From NCBI GenBank assembly GCA_963753785.1, contig CAVWDL010000005.1, positions 6,969 through 70,968 of the forward strand: a stretch of DNA of 64,000 nucleotides. The letters run 5' to 3'. The stretch comes from an uncultured Candidatus Micrarchaeota archaeon (GTDB lineage Archaea > Micrarchaeota > Micrarchaeia > Micrarchaeales > CABMGC01). Shown here in pieces: positions 11,047-21,300 of the stretch (position 1 is its first letter; the number at the start of each line of letters is the position of its first letter). The notes beneath the pieces were generated by a model. The model was not told where the DNA came from and ran no database searches. It saw nothing but the letters and a program-made list of their open reading frames with translations. The position numbers and the translations under genes are program-made.

Positions 11047-12101
11047 GCGCCTTTCGTCCTGTTTACCAGGCGCAGCGAGAGGAACGTCTTAAGGTGCGGA
11101 AGCGTCACGACGCCGGCGAGCTTCCCGTTCCTGGTGACCGCTAGTATCCCCATCTCTCCCGTCTCCATCAGCTGGAGCGCGTCGAATATTCCCGCTCCGT
11201 AGTTCACGCTCGGTATCACTATCGCGATCCCGCGGGCTGAAGCGACTTTCCTCATCTTCTTCCTTTCCATCAGGTTCACGTAGGCGTAGTCGGGTCCTAT
11301 TTTCGTCATAAGCAGGTGCTCCTTCGTCCTCCTAACAACGCCGTACAGGTCGGCGACGCTCTTGTCAGGATCCACGAACACATAGTGGCTGCTGACGACC
11401 TCGCTGAGCTTTATCCCCTTAGACGCTCTCCTTACCTCGTTCATCTCCTGCTCCCCTTCGGCGCCGCCGTACAGGAAGAAGACGATGAGAAGGTCCCAGA
11501 GGAAGACGAACTCCTTGTAGTACATGGGAGATGGGGTGATGGCGAGCCAGACGACGGTGCCCACTATGAAGAGCACCATTATGCACTTGCTCGCCTTGAC
11601 CGTCAGAAGCGTGGCGTCGTACTCGCTGTGGTTCCTCTCAAGGTAGCTCCTGAACACCCTTCCCCCATCGGTCGGGAACGCGGGCAGCAGGTTGAAGACT
11701 CCAAGAAGTATGTTTATCTCGAAGAGGAACTGGAATATCTGGTTTGGCAGCCCCGACGGCGCAAGCACCACGAGCACCCCGAAGACGGCGCCGAGGAAGA
11801 GGCTCATGAGGGGCCCTGCGATCGCAACGTTGAACTCCACGGCGGGGGGGATGCTGATCTGGTCTATTATCGACGCGCCGCCTATAGGAAGCAGCACTAT
11901 CTTCCTCACCCTTATGCCGTTCTTCATCGAGACTATGCAGTGGAGCAGCTCGTGTATGAGGACGCATATGAACAGCAGCGCTATGAGCAGGAATGCGTAT
12001 GGGCTGAGGAGCAGAGTTATCAGCATCAGCGCTATGAACGTCCAGTGCAGCTCGATCTCGATCCCGAGAATCCTGCCCATCTTGTAAGAGAGGTCCGCCA
12101 T
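11043..12101 (-). CDS. Site-2 protease (M50) with CBS domains
   Basis: HELLH zinc motif, AGP, NLLPAFPTDGGR and a C-terminal CBS-like region. Confidence 0.92.
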   Translation of the reverse strand: MADLSYKMGRILGIEIELHWTFIALMLITLLLSPYAFLLIALLFICVLIHELLHCIVSMKNGIRVRKIVLLPIGGASIIDQISIPPAVEFNVAIAGPLMSLFLGAVFGVLVVLAPSGLPNQIFQFLFEINILLGVFNLLPAFPTDGGRVFRSYLERNHSEYDATLLTVKASKCIMVLFIVGTVVWLAITPSPMYYKEFVFLWDLLIVFFLYGGAEGEQEMNEVRRASKGIKLSEVVSSHYVFVDPDKSVADLYGVVRRTKEHLLMTKIGPDYAYVNLMERKKMRKVASARGIAIVIPSVNYGAGIFDALQLMETGEMGILAVTRNGKLAGVVTLPHLKTFLSLRLVNRTKGA

Positions 12102-12160
12102 CGAATACGAGTGCTAATCGGGAGCTAAGGATAATAAACCCGCTTGAGAGAGAATAACCG

Positions 12161-12892
12161 ATGCTGATATCTTTCGTCAAGGGCTATCCCGCGATGCTGA
12201 TAAGGAAGGAGAGTGTCCTCGTGGCGGGGGACCTGCACATAGGCCTCGACCTGAAGTTCAGGCAGTCGGGGATCCACTTCCAGAACGCGACGGAGAGGCT
12301 CGCTGACAAGCTCCTCGAGGCGTACAAGAAGTCGGGGGCGAAGAGCCTCGTCCTGCTCGGCGACATAAAGGAGAGCGTCTCCTCTCCGAAGTTCGGAGAA
12401 TACAGGGAGCTCAAGCTTTTCTTCGAGAGGATAGGGGAAATAAAAACCAAGGTCGTCAAGGGGAACCACGACGGAGACATAGAAAGGGTCTTCAGGAACA
12501 TAGGCGTCGAGATTGAGGTCGGAAAGGAGCTGGTCATAGGGGGCGTGGCTATGGCTCACGGGAACTCATGGCCCTCGGAGGAGGCGATGCGCGCAAGGTA
12601 CCTCGTTCTCGGCCACGGGCATTTCGCTCTCAGGAAGGGATATGGGACTGAGAAGGTCTGGTTCACCTCGAAGATCGCGAAGGGCGCTGCGAAAAGGTAC
12701 GCGAGGTTCAACAGGGACGAGAGGCTCGTGGTGATGCCTCCCTTCAACGAGCTCATAACGGGAAGCGTGCTCGGCGCTGAGACCAAGAATCACCTGCTCG
12801 TGCTCAAGGATGACGTCTTCTCATTCAGGAAGGGGAAAGTCTACGATCTCGAGAGCAAATATCTGGGAACCGCCGCAGAGGTGGCGGAATAG
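12161..12892 (+). CDS. Calcineurin-like metallophosphoesterase
   Basis: DLHIG, LGD, GNHD, HG and GHGH motifs. Confidence 0.9.
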   Translation: MLISFVKGYPAMLIRKESVLVAGDLHIGLDLKFRQSGIHFQNATERLADKLLEAYKKSGAKSLVLLGDIKESVSSPKFGEYRELKLFFERIGEIKTKVVKGNHDGDIERVFRNIGVEIEVGKELVIGGVAMAHGNSWPSEEAMRARYLVLGHGHFALRKGYGTEKVWFTSKIAKGAAKRYARFNRDERLVVMPPFNELITGSVLGAETKNHLLVLKDDVFSFRKGKVYDLESKYLGTAAEVAE

Positions 12893-12920
12893 TCCTCCCT
12901 TCTTTCTTTTGCCCACGCCG

Positions 12921-13646
12921 CTACTGATCTATCGAGAGCGTTGCAACCTGCGAGTAGAAAAAGGTTGTGTTCGAGCCTACCTGGTACATCGCCCACAGCT
13001 CCCCGGATGTCGGAATGGCTATCCTCCCCACGGGAATTGTGACGTTCGTGGTTGCGCCTGACGCCAAGGTGCCCACCATGGGACTTGGGTTTCCGGAACT
13101 GAACAGACCCGGGGCCTCCATTCCCGCCGTAACGGGGCCTGAAAAGTATGCGAGCCTCAAGTGGTTCATGGTTTTACCTGTCGACTGCCCGAAGACCAGC
13201 GAGATTGCGCCTCTGGCGCTCGAGTATGAAAGGCCGAAGCAAAGCAGGTTGGCGGCAGCGATGCATGAGGTGCCGACGCGCGAACCGTTTGCGGATATCG
13301 AGATGGTCGTTGGCGCGGTGGTGGCGATCGTTGTTGAGATGGTCGGAACGGTAGTGGAGCTTGCAGCTCCCGGCGACGGCTTAAGGACGAACGGGAGAGC
13401 GAAGTACAATGCAGCTATGAGGACCACTATCGCGATTATCGGAATTATGAATTTGTTCATGCTCTTCTTCTCCGGAACGGGAGAAGGGGGAGGTATGAGT
13501 GAGGGCGCCGGCGCGGGAGCAGGTGCGGGGGCTGGAGCAGGCGCTGGAACCGGCGCAGGCTCTGGGGCAGGGCTAGGCGGGACGCTATCGTTCTGGGCGG
13601 GTGCGTCTGGCATCGCAATGCTTTGGTCGTTATTATCGGATTCCAT
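12921..13646 (-). CDS. Membrane-anchored protein: Pro/Ala repeat, TM helix, Thr-rich stalk, pilin-like Cys domain
   Basis: PAPAPA tract, hydrophobic helix, then CIAAANLLC...FGQSTG, similar to ORFs 24424, 31353 and 49547. Confidence 0.7.
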   Translation of the reverse strand: MESDNNDQSIAMPDAPAQNDSVPPSPAPEPAPVPAPAPAPAPAPAPAPSLIPPPSPVPEKKSMNKFIIPIIAIVVLIAALYFALPFVLKPSPGAASSTTVPTISTTIATTAPTTISISANGSRVGTSCIAAANLLCFGLSYSSARGAISLVFGQSTGKTMNHLRLAYFSGPVTAGMEAPGLFSSGNPSPMVGTLASGATTNVTIPVGRIAIPTSGELWAMYQVGSNTTFFYSQVATLSIDQ

Positions 13647-13650
13647 GTGC

Positions 13651-15090
13651 TCAGATCGGTTCGACTTGGAACTTCGTCTTTATCTCGTGCATCTCCTTCT
13701 CGACCGCCGCCTTCCATGGCTTGAACTCTCCCATGTTGGCGGGGTACTTCTTGTAGAGCGCAAGCATTGTCTTCATCTTGTTCGCGGTGAAGAGCAGGTT
13801 CTTGAAGGCGTTCATGTTTCCTATGCCGCTTATCATCTTCTGGAACTTGCTCGCCATGCTTATCTCGGGCACCCTTCCATAGGTGAGGTCCACAGCCTCT
13901 TCCTCCGTGAGGAAGTGGCTCATGCCGTAGTTCATCAGGTCGTTGTTGAGCGACTGCAGGTAGACCCTGAAGACCTCGAGCGCCGCCGTCTTGTTTCCGT
14001 ATGCTTCGTTGAACTGCAGGTTGTACTTCCACAGGTAATCCATGCTCGTGTCATTCTCGCTACCGCCTCCGCGGCGACCTTTCCCGCCAGAGTGCCGGTG
14101 ACCATCGCAGGCCCTATGCCTCCCGCGCTCACGGGGTTCGGCATCGCCATGACGTCTCCCGCGCCGAGGTAGTTCTTGTAGACCAGGCAGTCGAACTGCC
14201 TCCTCACGGAGACGGACCAGTATCCCTTCCCGTTCTTGTCAGTGTCGTCTATCTTGAGGTTCTTCACGCACTTGTTCCATTCGACGTAGCCGTCTATGAG
14301 GGAGTGAAGGTGTCCTTCTTCCCGAGCTTCGCGTTCCTCTTGTCGAGGCTCTTCTTCTCTATGCCGACTCCTATGTTGACCCTGCCGCCGCTCTTCGGGA
14401 AGACCCATCCGTAGCCTCCCGGAGCCATGACCTGGTTCATGTGTATAAGCGCGTTCTTGGGATCGTAGTAGGTGAGGTCGTTCCCCTCGAGATCGAAGTT
14501 CGCTATGTACCTTCCTGTGGACTCGATGTCCTCTATCTTCACGTCCCTCTCTATGAAATCGTTGGCGGGAAGCTTCCTCCTGATCGTGCTCGCCATGCCG
14601 AGGCAGTCTATCACTATCTTCGAGTGGAGGTCGAACCTGCTGGGTCTTGGCGTCCTTTCCGAACACGCCGACGAGGTCTCCGTTCTCGATTATTGGCCCC
14701 TCTATCTCGTACTTCGGCCTGTACTCCGCCCCGTTCTTAACGGCTATGCTGACGAGCTTTCTCGCCATCTTCGGCCTGTCGAGGGTGTACCCCTCGCCCT
14801 CGAAAGAGAACTTGTTCTGAAGGTCCGGACTCAGTGGCGTAGACTCGGTCGACCTTGCTGTCGAGCTCGGGGCTTGCGAACTTTATTCCGAGCTCCTTCT
14901 CCACGAAGTCTATGTGCGCCTTCGCGACCGCGTCGCCGCAGACCCATCCCCAGTTTGTCTTCTTTCCGGGCTCGGTCTCGTCGTTCCTGTCAAGGAGAAG
15001 AGTCTTCGCCCCGTTCTTCGCAGCGGAAGCCGCGGCGAGAGAACCCGCAACGCCTGCGCCTGCAACTATGACATCATAATCGTAGTTCAT
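13651..15090 (-). CDS. Geranylgeranyl reductase-family FAD oxidoreductase (frameshifted)
   Basis: DVIVAGAGVAG, CGDAV, PGGYGWVFPK and GDxxxxxNPVSAGGIGPAM across four ORF fragments. Confidence 0.85.
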
Positions 15091-15112
15091 GAGATCAACC
15101 TGTAAAACGCAA

Positions 15113-15295
15113 TTACTTCTGGATCTTGCTCCTTACCACGACTATGGGTATCGCGTCCTCGCTGTACTCGAGCTCCGCGAGCCTTAGAGGGTCCGTGACG
15201 TCGATGGGTACCTTTATCAGAGGTGGTGCCCCGTAAGCAAGCTGCAGCGCCCTTGCGCCAATGATCCTCGCCTTCTCGAATTTTGTGTATTCCAT
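15113..15295 (-). CDS. rpoK: RNA polymerase subunit K (Rpo6)
   Basis: YTKFEKARIIGARALQLAYGAP signature. Confidence 0.95.
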   Translation of the reverse strand: MEYTKFEKARIIGARALQLAYGAPPLIKVPIDVTDPLRLAELEYSEDAIPIVVVRSKIQK

Positions 15296-15398
15296 GATAA
15301 TCCGCTGTTAGAAACGAAACGCCTGGAACTGATGCTTAATAGTCTATGAATAGACCCGAGAAAGCTTATAATGGTTGCTGGGTGGAGGGAAAGCGAGC

Positions 15399-16116
15399 TT
15401 ACCTTATAGGTTCGTATGTCTCCTTCGGCTTCTTGACAAGGCTGTACCTGATTATGTTGCCCATGTGGTAGGTGAAGTAACCGATTATGCCCCACGCCTT
15501 GACCCTCCTTATGCTCGCGTGCACGACCGCGCCGTCAAGGTACCTTATCTCCCCCTGCCTCCTCAGCCTGAGCGAGAGGTCGTAGTCCTCGTAGGTCAGG
15601 AACTTCTCGTTGAAGCCCCCCACGTTCTTGAAGGCGCTCCTCCGAACGGCGAAGTTCGATCCCACCACGGACGGCCTGCCGATCAGTATCGACGCCTTGA
15701 CGAACAGTATGGAGACGAATTTGAACCCAAGGTTCATCCTCCTGCTGGTCTTCTCAAGCGGCAGTATGGGTCCCGTTGCGGCGATCACTCTTGCCCTGCT
15801 CGAAGACGTTGTTGTAGATCTCGAGCAGCCTCTCGTTTGCAGAGGTGTCGGCGTCCAGGAAGACGAGTATCTTTCCCTTCGCGACCCTGGCGCCCGCGTT
15901 CCTGCCCGCGGATATCCCCTTCTTCTTCTCTATGACTATCCTGACCTTCGGGTACTTTTTCGCTATCTCCCTTGTCGAATCCTGGCTTGCGCAGTCGGAT
16001 ATCACGATCTCGAAGTCCTTGAAAGTCTGCTTGCTCAGGCTGCCCAGAAGCCTTCCGAGGTACTTCTCCTCGTTGAGGGTGGGCACCACCACGCTTATTG
16101 CGGGACCATCATTCAT
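15399..16116 (-). CDS. Glycosyltransferase family 2 (one frameshift)
   Basis: ISVVVPTLNEE, FLDAD and GGFNE...EDYDL motifs in two frames. Confidence 0.88.
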
Positions 16117-16196
16117 ACAATAACACTTAATTGGCAAGTTATAAGAAACGACGAGATGTTGCTTCGGGTCGGTGCTCCATCATAACAGATAGCAAT

Positions 16197-16469
16197 TCAA
16201 GTTCTGCTTTTATACGCTTCATCATGGGGTACGAATGAGATAAGAATGAGAGTTTTGGTATCTTCATCGATTCTATATCTCAGCACAAAGGATCCGACGT
16301 GAACTCTGAACGAGCCTTTGAGCACATTGCTAAGCGGTTTTCTGAAATGCGGTTCCGCACAGAGTTCGTCAATTTTCTTTCCCAACCGATTGTAAAGTGC
16401 CCTATCTGATTTCTTCAAAGTTTTGAGAGTCTTCTCGAATTCTTCTGTTGGAGAAATGGAATACGCCAT
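16197..16469 (-). CDS. RelE/ParE-family toxin
   Basis: 90 aa; FEKTLKTL...KPLSNVLKGSFRVHVGSFVLRYRI...HDEAY pattern; AT-rich. Confidence 0.85.
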   Translation of the reverse strand: MAYSISPTEEFEKTLKTLKKSDRALYNRLGKKIDELCAEPHFRKPLSNVLKGSFRVHVGSFVLRYRIDEDTKTLILISFVPHDEAYKSRT

Positions 16470-16480
16470 TTCATGCGCCT

Positions 16481-16723
16481 TCAGGCCATCGAACGTTCAA
16501 GCTCAGCAAAGTTCTTGAAAACACGCAGTTTACCCTTGCCTTGCCTGATCTTGTTATCGAGCTTTGTCTCTTTTCTCACGTAACTAAGCTTAAACCTGCT
16601 TTCTTCAGGATAAACCTCTTCCTCTACTATGTGTGTCAATGCATCAAGACGTTTTATTATCTCATCTAGTTTAGATTCGATGTGTTTTTCCTTTGCGTCC
16701 TGTACCGGGCTTTGCCTCTGCAT
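16481..16723 (-). CDS. Putative antitoxin of the RelE-family toxin
   Basis: 80 aa ORF directly upstream of and co-oriented with the toxin, with the same AT-rich composition. Confidence 0.65.
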   Translation of the reverse strand: MQRQSPVQDAKEKHIESKLDEIIKRLDALTHIVEEEVYPEESRFKLSYVRKETKLDNKIRQGKGKLRVFKNFAELERSMA

Positions 16724-16758
16724 TCAATCAAATTTTTATGAATCCTAAAGTATTATAA

Positions 16759-16844
16759 TGCAGGGGGTGAGATTTGAACTCACGCACCCACAAAGGGAAC
16801 GGGTCCTAAGCCCGTCGCATTTGGCCAAGCTCTGCCACCCCTGC
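16759..16844 (-). tRNA. tRNA-Leu (anticodon TAG)
   Basis: Reverse complement GCAGGGGTGGCAGAGCTTGGCCAAATGCGACGGGCTTAGGACCCGTTCCCTTTGTGGGTGCGTGAGTTCAAATCTCACCCCCTGCA folds as a cloverleaf with a long variable arm; no encoded CCA. Confidence 0.95.
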
Positions 16845-16903
16845 CTAAGGAAATTATGGCACACAGCATTTATATTGTTTCATTGCGACATAAATTCGGT
16901 ATC

Positions 16904-18208
16904 ATGCTGACAACAAAATTCATACGCGACAACATTGACGCGATAAGGAAGTCGCAGGAGAAAAGGCACAGCGACTATCCGCTAGACGAGCTGCTCTCCC
17001 TTGACGAGCAGTCGAGGAAGATAAACAAGGAGCTGCAGGACCTGAGGGCCGAGAGGAACAGGGGCAGCGAGCAGATCTCCGCGATGAAGAAGGAAGGGCA
17101 AGGAGATAGACAAGGAAGTTGTCGCAAAGATGGGCGAGACGAAGAAGAGGATAGACGAGCTCGAGAAGAAGCTTCCGGAGACGGACGCGAGGCTCGAGCA
17201 TCTCATGTGGAACATGCCGAACGTCCTCCACGAGAGCGTGCCATACGGCAAGAGCGACGAGGAGAACGTCGAGATCAGGAAGTGGGGGACGCCTAAGGGC
17301 GGACAAGCCTGCCGGGACACGAGGAGATACTCGAGAAGCTCGGGCTCATAGACCTCAAGCAGGCGGCGGAGGTCGCCGGAGCGAGGTTCTTCTACCTGAA
17401 GGGAGACATTGCACTGCTTGAGCAGTCCCTGATAAGGTTCGGTATAGACGAGCTCATCAAGAAGGGATACACGCTAATAGCGCCACCTCTTCTGATGAGG
17501 AAGCAGTACTATAGGGGAGTCACCGCATTCGGAGACTTCGAGGAGATGCTATACAAGGCCGCTGATCCTAGCGAGGCGCAGGCGAAGAAGGACCTCGAGC
17601 ACACTGACGACGAGCTTTTCATGATCGGAACTTCCGAGCACCCCATCGCAGCGATGCACGCGAACCAGGTGATTCCCGCAAAGGAGCTGCCGAAGAAGTA
17701 CATAGGCATAAGCCCGTGCTTCAGGAGGGAGGCGGGCGCGCACGGCAAGGACCAGAAGGGAATCTTCAGGGTACACCAGTTCTACAAGATAGAGCAGTTC
17801 GTGTTCTCCAAGAAGGAGGACTCCTGGTCGCTGATCGAGGAGCTTATCGGCAATGCCGAGTCGCTATTCCAGAAGATGAACATACCGTACCACGTGGTGA
17901 ACATCTGCACGGGCGACATAGGAACGGTCGCCGCGAAGAAGTACGACATCGAGGCGCACATGCCTTCCCAGGGCAAGTACAGGGAGGTCGTTTCGTGCTC
18001 TAACTGCACGGACTGGCAGTCCAGGAGGCTCGACATAAAGTACGAAGAAGGCAGCGAGAAGGAATACGTGCACACTCTCAACTCCACCGCGATCGCGACG
18101 AACAGGACGATCGTTGCGATAGTGGAGAACTACGCGAACAGCGACGGCACGATAACGGTGCCGGAGGTCCTTGTCCCTTACATGGGCAAGCGCACAATAG
18201 GGAAGTAG
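16904..18208 (+). CDS. serS: Seryl-tRNA synthetase (frameshifted)
   Basis: N-terminal coiled coil, [46 protein letters not shown] and HTLNSTA. Confidence 0.96.
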
Positions 18209-18214
18209 TCTTCC

Positions 18215-18299
18215 GAATGTGTCTACAACTTGCGACATCGCCAACACGAAGGACACCTCGTGCTCGCGGGCTTCCACAGCAAGGATCGAGTCAACAAGT
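18215..18299 (+). repeat. Degenerate copy of part of the AsnC-family gene (40183-40267)
   Basis: gaatgtgtctacaacttgcgacatcgccaacacgaaggacacctcgtgctcgcgggcttccacagcaaggatcgagtcaacaagt aligns by eye with gagtgcgtctacatgtgcgacatcgcgaacccgaagggcacccttgttctcgcgggcttccacaccaaggataaggccaacaagt. Confidence 0.85.
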
Positions 18300-18382
18300 C
18301 GACTGCGACGCAGAGGTATACCGAAGCAGCAAGGGAGGTTTATGATGATGTCGCCAGATAGTAAATAGATGACACGGGAATG

Positions 18383-21300
18383 TCAGCCACTGAAAGAGAC
18401 GGAAGGCATCACTCCATTAGGAGGGAATGTCCTTATCCTTACCCAGTGGATGTTTATCATCCCCCCGTTCGAGCTCCAGGTGATTCCTCCTATGGGATAC
18501 TGGGACGAAGGCAGCCCGGAGGTTATCGTCTCTGCCGTCCCGTAGTCGTAGCCGAACGAGGAGAATGAAGAAGAAGGCCAATAGGTCGAAAAGACATGGT
18601 TTGAGCCGCTCGGGTTTATGTTTCCTTGTGCGCTTCCAGTCATGTCTTCAAGCGTGCTTCCGGAGATGCCCCATCCTGCTGCGGGCCCTCCAGTTTCGAC
18701 GTAACCGAATTCCGTGTTTGTGAAACTCACTCCGGAACCTGTGATATTTCCATAGAAGTCAAGGACTTGCGAACCGTTCAGGCCGTAGTCGGCGTCTGTC
18801 CAGAAACGGTTGTTTGTTCCTGAAGTGAATGCAATAGATAGGCCGTCATTCACGGTGACGCTCCCAGAATGGGCATACCATCCGTCAGGGACGCCGGTTC
18901 CGGCGAAGTTCTGATAGAGAACAGGAAATATTGCGGGTCCGTTGTCGTATTGCCCGTAGGTCGACGATAGCTGCGGAGCCTCGCCCAGCCACACTCCGTC
19001 GTAATCAGCGCCGGATGCAAAGGTGACATTCAGAAGCAGGCTGCCATCGGCATCTATGCCTTGAGAGACGTTGATCCAAAACAACGCGTGAGTCGAAGAG
19101 GAACTGCAGTTGCTCTCACACCACGCATGGAATTCGGAGTTCCCAAAGTAGAATCTCAGGTTGCCGAGATCGCCCGTCGCGTTCTGGAACAGCGCGCTGG
19201 TCGCATCGATCACAATCATCTGCTGGAAATCAGTTCCAGTTCCCGTGCCTTGATTATTAGACAAAGTCATCGTGACGTTCGGGTACGCAGATGAAATGAT
19301 TGTGGTTGAGGAGGTACTCGTTATCGTCGTAGAGGTGGAAGTTGCCTCTATCGATGACGTTGCGGAGGTGGATGTCGTAGAGGTTGAAGTTGAGGTCGAT
19401 AGGGTGGAGGAGGTGGATGTGCTGGTTGATGTCGTCGTGCTTTCGGATTCGGAGTAGGTCATGCGCATATTTGCCCCCGAGTTCTCACCGCAATCGCCCC
19501 TCCAGGTTGGCTTCTGCCATGTCTGGAAGCTCACACTCGTATTGAAACATAGCCAGGTGGAACCTCCCGGACTCCTGTACGTCCTGAACGACCCGTAGTC
19601 GCTTCCCTGCAGGACAAGCCAGTAAACATTGCCCTCGCTTATCGCGACACTCTGCGGTATGTTCAGGTCGTTCCATCCGGTCTGCATCGCATGCGCCGTC
19701 GAGTTTCCAAGCCATGCTCCAGGAGTTCCCGATGAATCAGAGTATATTCCGACCTCAAGATCTGCCGCTGCAGTGGAAACGTTCACTCCGACGCTCTGCA
19801 GTGTCCCGGAGGAGGAAGCGGTAATTGGCCACAGAGCTTCCCAGGAATAGCTGTCGGTTCCGGTTCCCCGCCCGATATAGTCAGTGACTCCCGTACTGAC
19901 TGTGGTTGTTTGGGAGGTGGAGGTCGATGTGGATGTTGATGTCGTTGAGGATATGGTCGATGTAGTCGTGGAAGTTGTAGTTGTCGTCTGCTGTTCACAT
20001 CCGCTTCCATTGAAACAGGCAGACGGCATCACGCCATTAGGAGGTCTTGTCCTCATTCTTACGACGTAAGCATTGAAGCCGTTTCCAGGGGTAGACCAAA
20101 CATAGCCTCCAAGGTGCAAAGATGCCGTAGGAGGATCGGTAAGACTTTCGGCGTTTGAATAATCGTAATAGTAAACAGTAGACCCAGAGGCAGGATAATA
20201 TGTTGTGAAGACATGGTCCGCGTTCAGCGAAGCATACTTGGTTCCTTGGGTCTCCGAGGAGCTATCATCTGCCTGTATGGAGGTATACCCGCTGCCGCTT
20301 CCGCTTGAACCCCATCCCGCCGCATTTCTGTATGTTTCTCCTATGTATCCGAATTCTCCATTCGTGAACTGTCCTGCAGATGTTCCTTGACCTATCCAAT
20401 CCATAATTTGCGAACTATTCAATCCATAAGTCCCAGAGGTGTGGATATAGGTGGTGTCCCCGTTTGAATCAGCGTGGACACCGTTGTCTATCGTCATTGC
20501 CGAAGCGGTTATCGTCCATCCGCCCGGAGTCGAAGTGCCTTGGAAGTTTTGATATTCAAAGGGGAATGCGTTAGCGCCGTTGTCGTATTCTCCGTATGTT
20601 TCGGACAGCAGAGGCGACTCGCCTGCATACACATCATCATACTCGATTCCCTTGTTCAGGAATGTCATGTTTATAGTGAGGTTAGAGTCAGCAGGTATTC
20701 CTTCTGGGAGGCGCACCCAGAAGAGTGATGGGTTTTCCCTCCACGAGTAAAGTCCAGTCTGCCCCGAGAAGAAGCGGACGTTGCCGCCATCGGAAGACAT
20801 ATTTTGGAAGATCACAATATTCGGATCTATCCTGACCATTTGCTGGAAGCCCGCGCCCGTTGAAACGCTCTGGTTATTGTATAGAATGACAGTCACGTTC
20901 GGGTGATATAAGTCTACGCTTGTTGTACTAGATATTGCCCATGCGCCCGCAGAATCCTGCACCGCGTAGCAGAAGTATGTTGTGGAGTTTATCCGAAGGG
21001 AGAACGAGTCAGAAGCATTGGCATCGTAGTTTATGTCCTTCGTCCCTCCGTTTGATGCCCAGTTCCATGGTTCCTGGACATCAGTAGTGCAGTTGCGGTC
21101 TGTTCCGTAGAACCATACATAATGAAGGTAAGGAGAGGTTCCTTCGCTGACGTTTGCATACAAAGTGGCATTGCTTCCCTTTGCGACAACAGTGGCATTT
21201 GCTGTCGGAAGGCCTGCGACCATCTTCTGATTGACAGTGAATAGAGTGTGGTTCGTACCCGAACCCACATAGGAGTTGTCATCTGAATTATTCCACTCGT

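Noticed and set aside
16197-16844. Provirus or integrative element at tRNA-Leu
   Set aside because: No integrase, viral genes or duplicated tRNA 3' end were found.
1834-17350. Frameshifts in EF-2, rps7, rps12, rpl30e, smc, GGR and serS as pseudogenes or programmed frameshifting
   Set aside because: These are mostly essential genes with intact motifs, and the scattered 1-2 bp indels show no common slippery motif. Best explained as long-read or consensus error.
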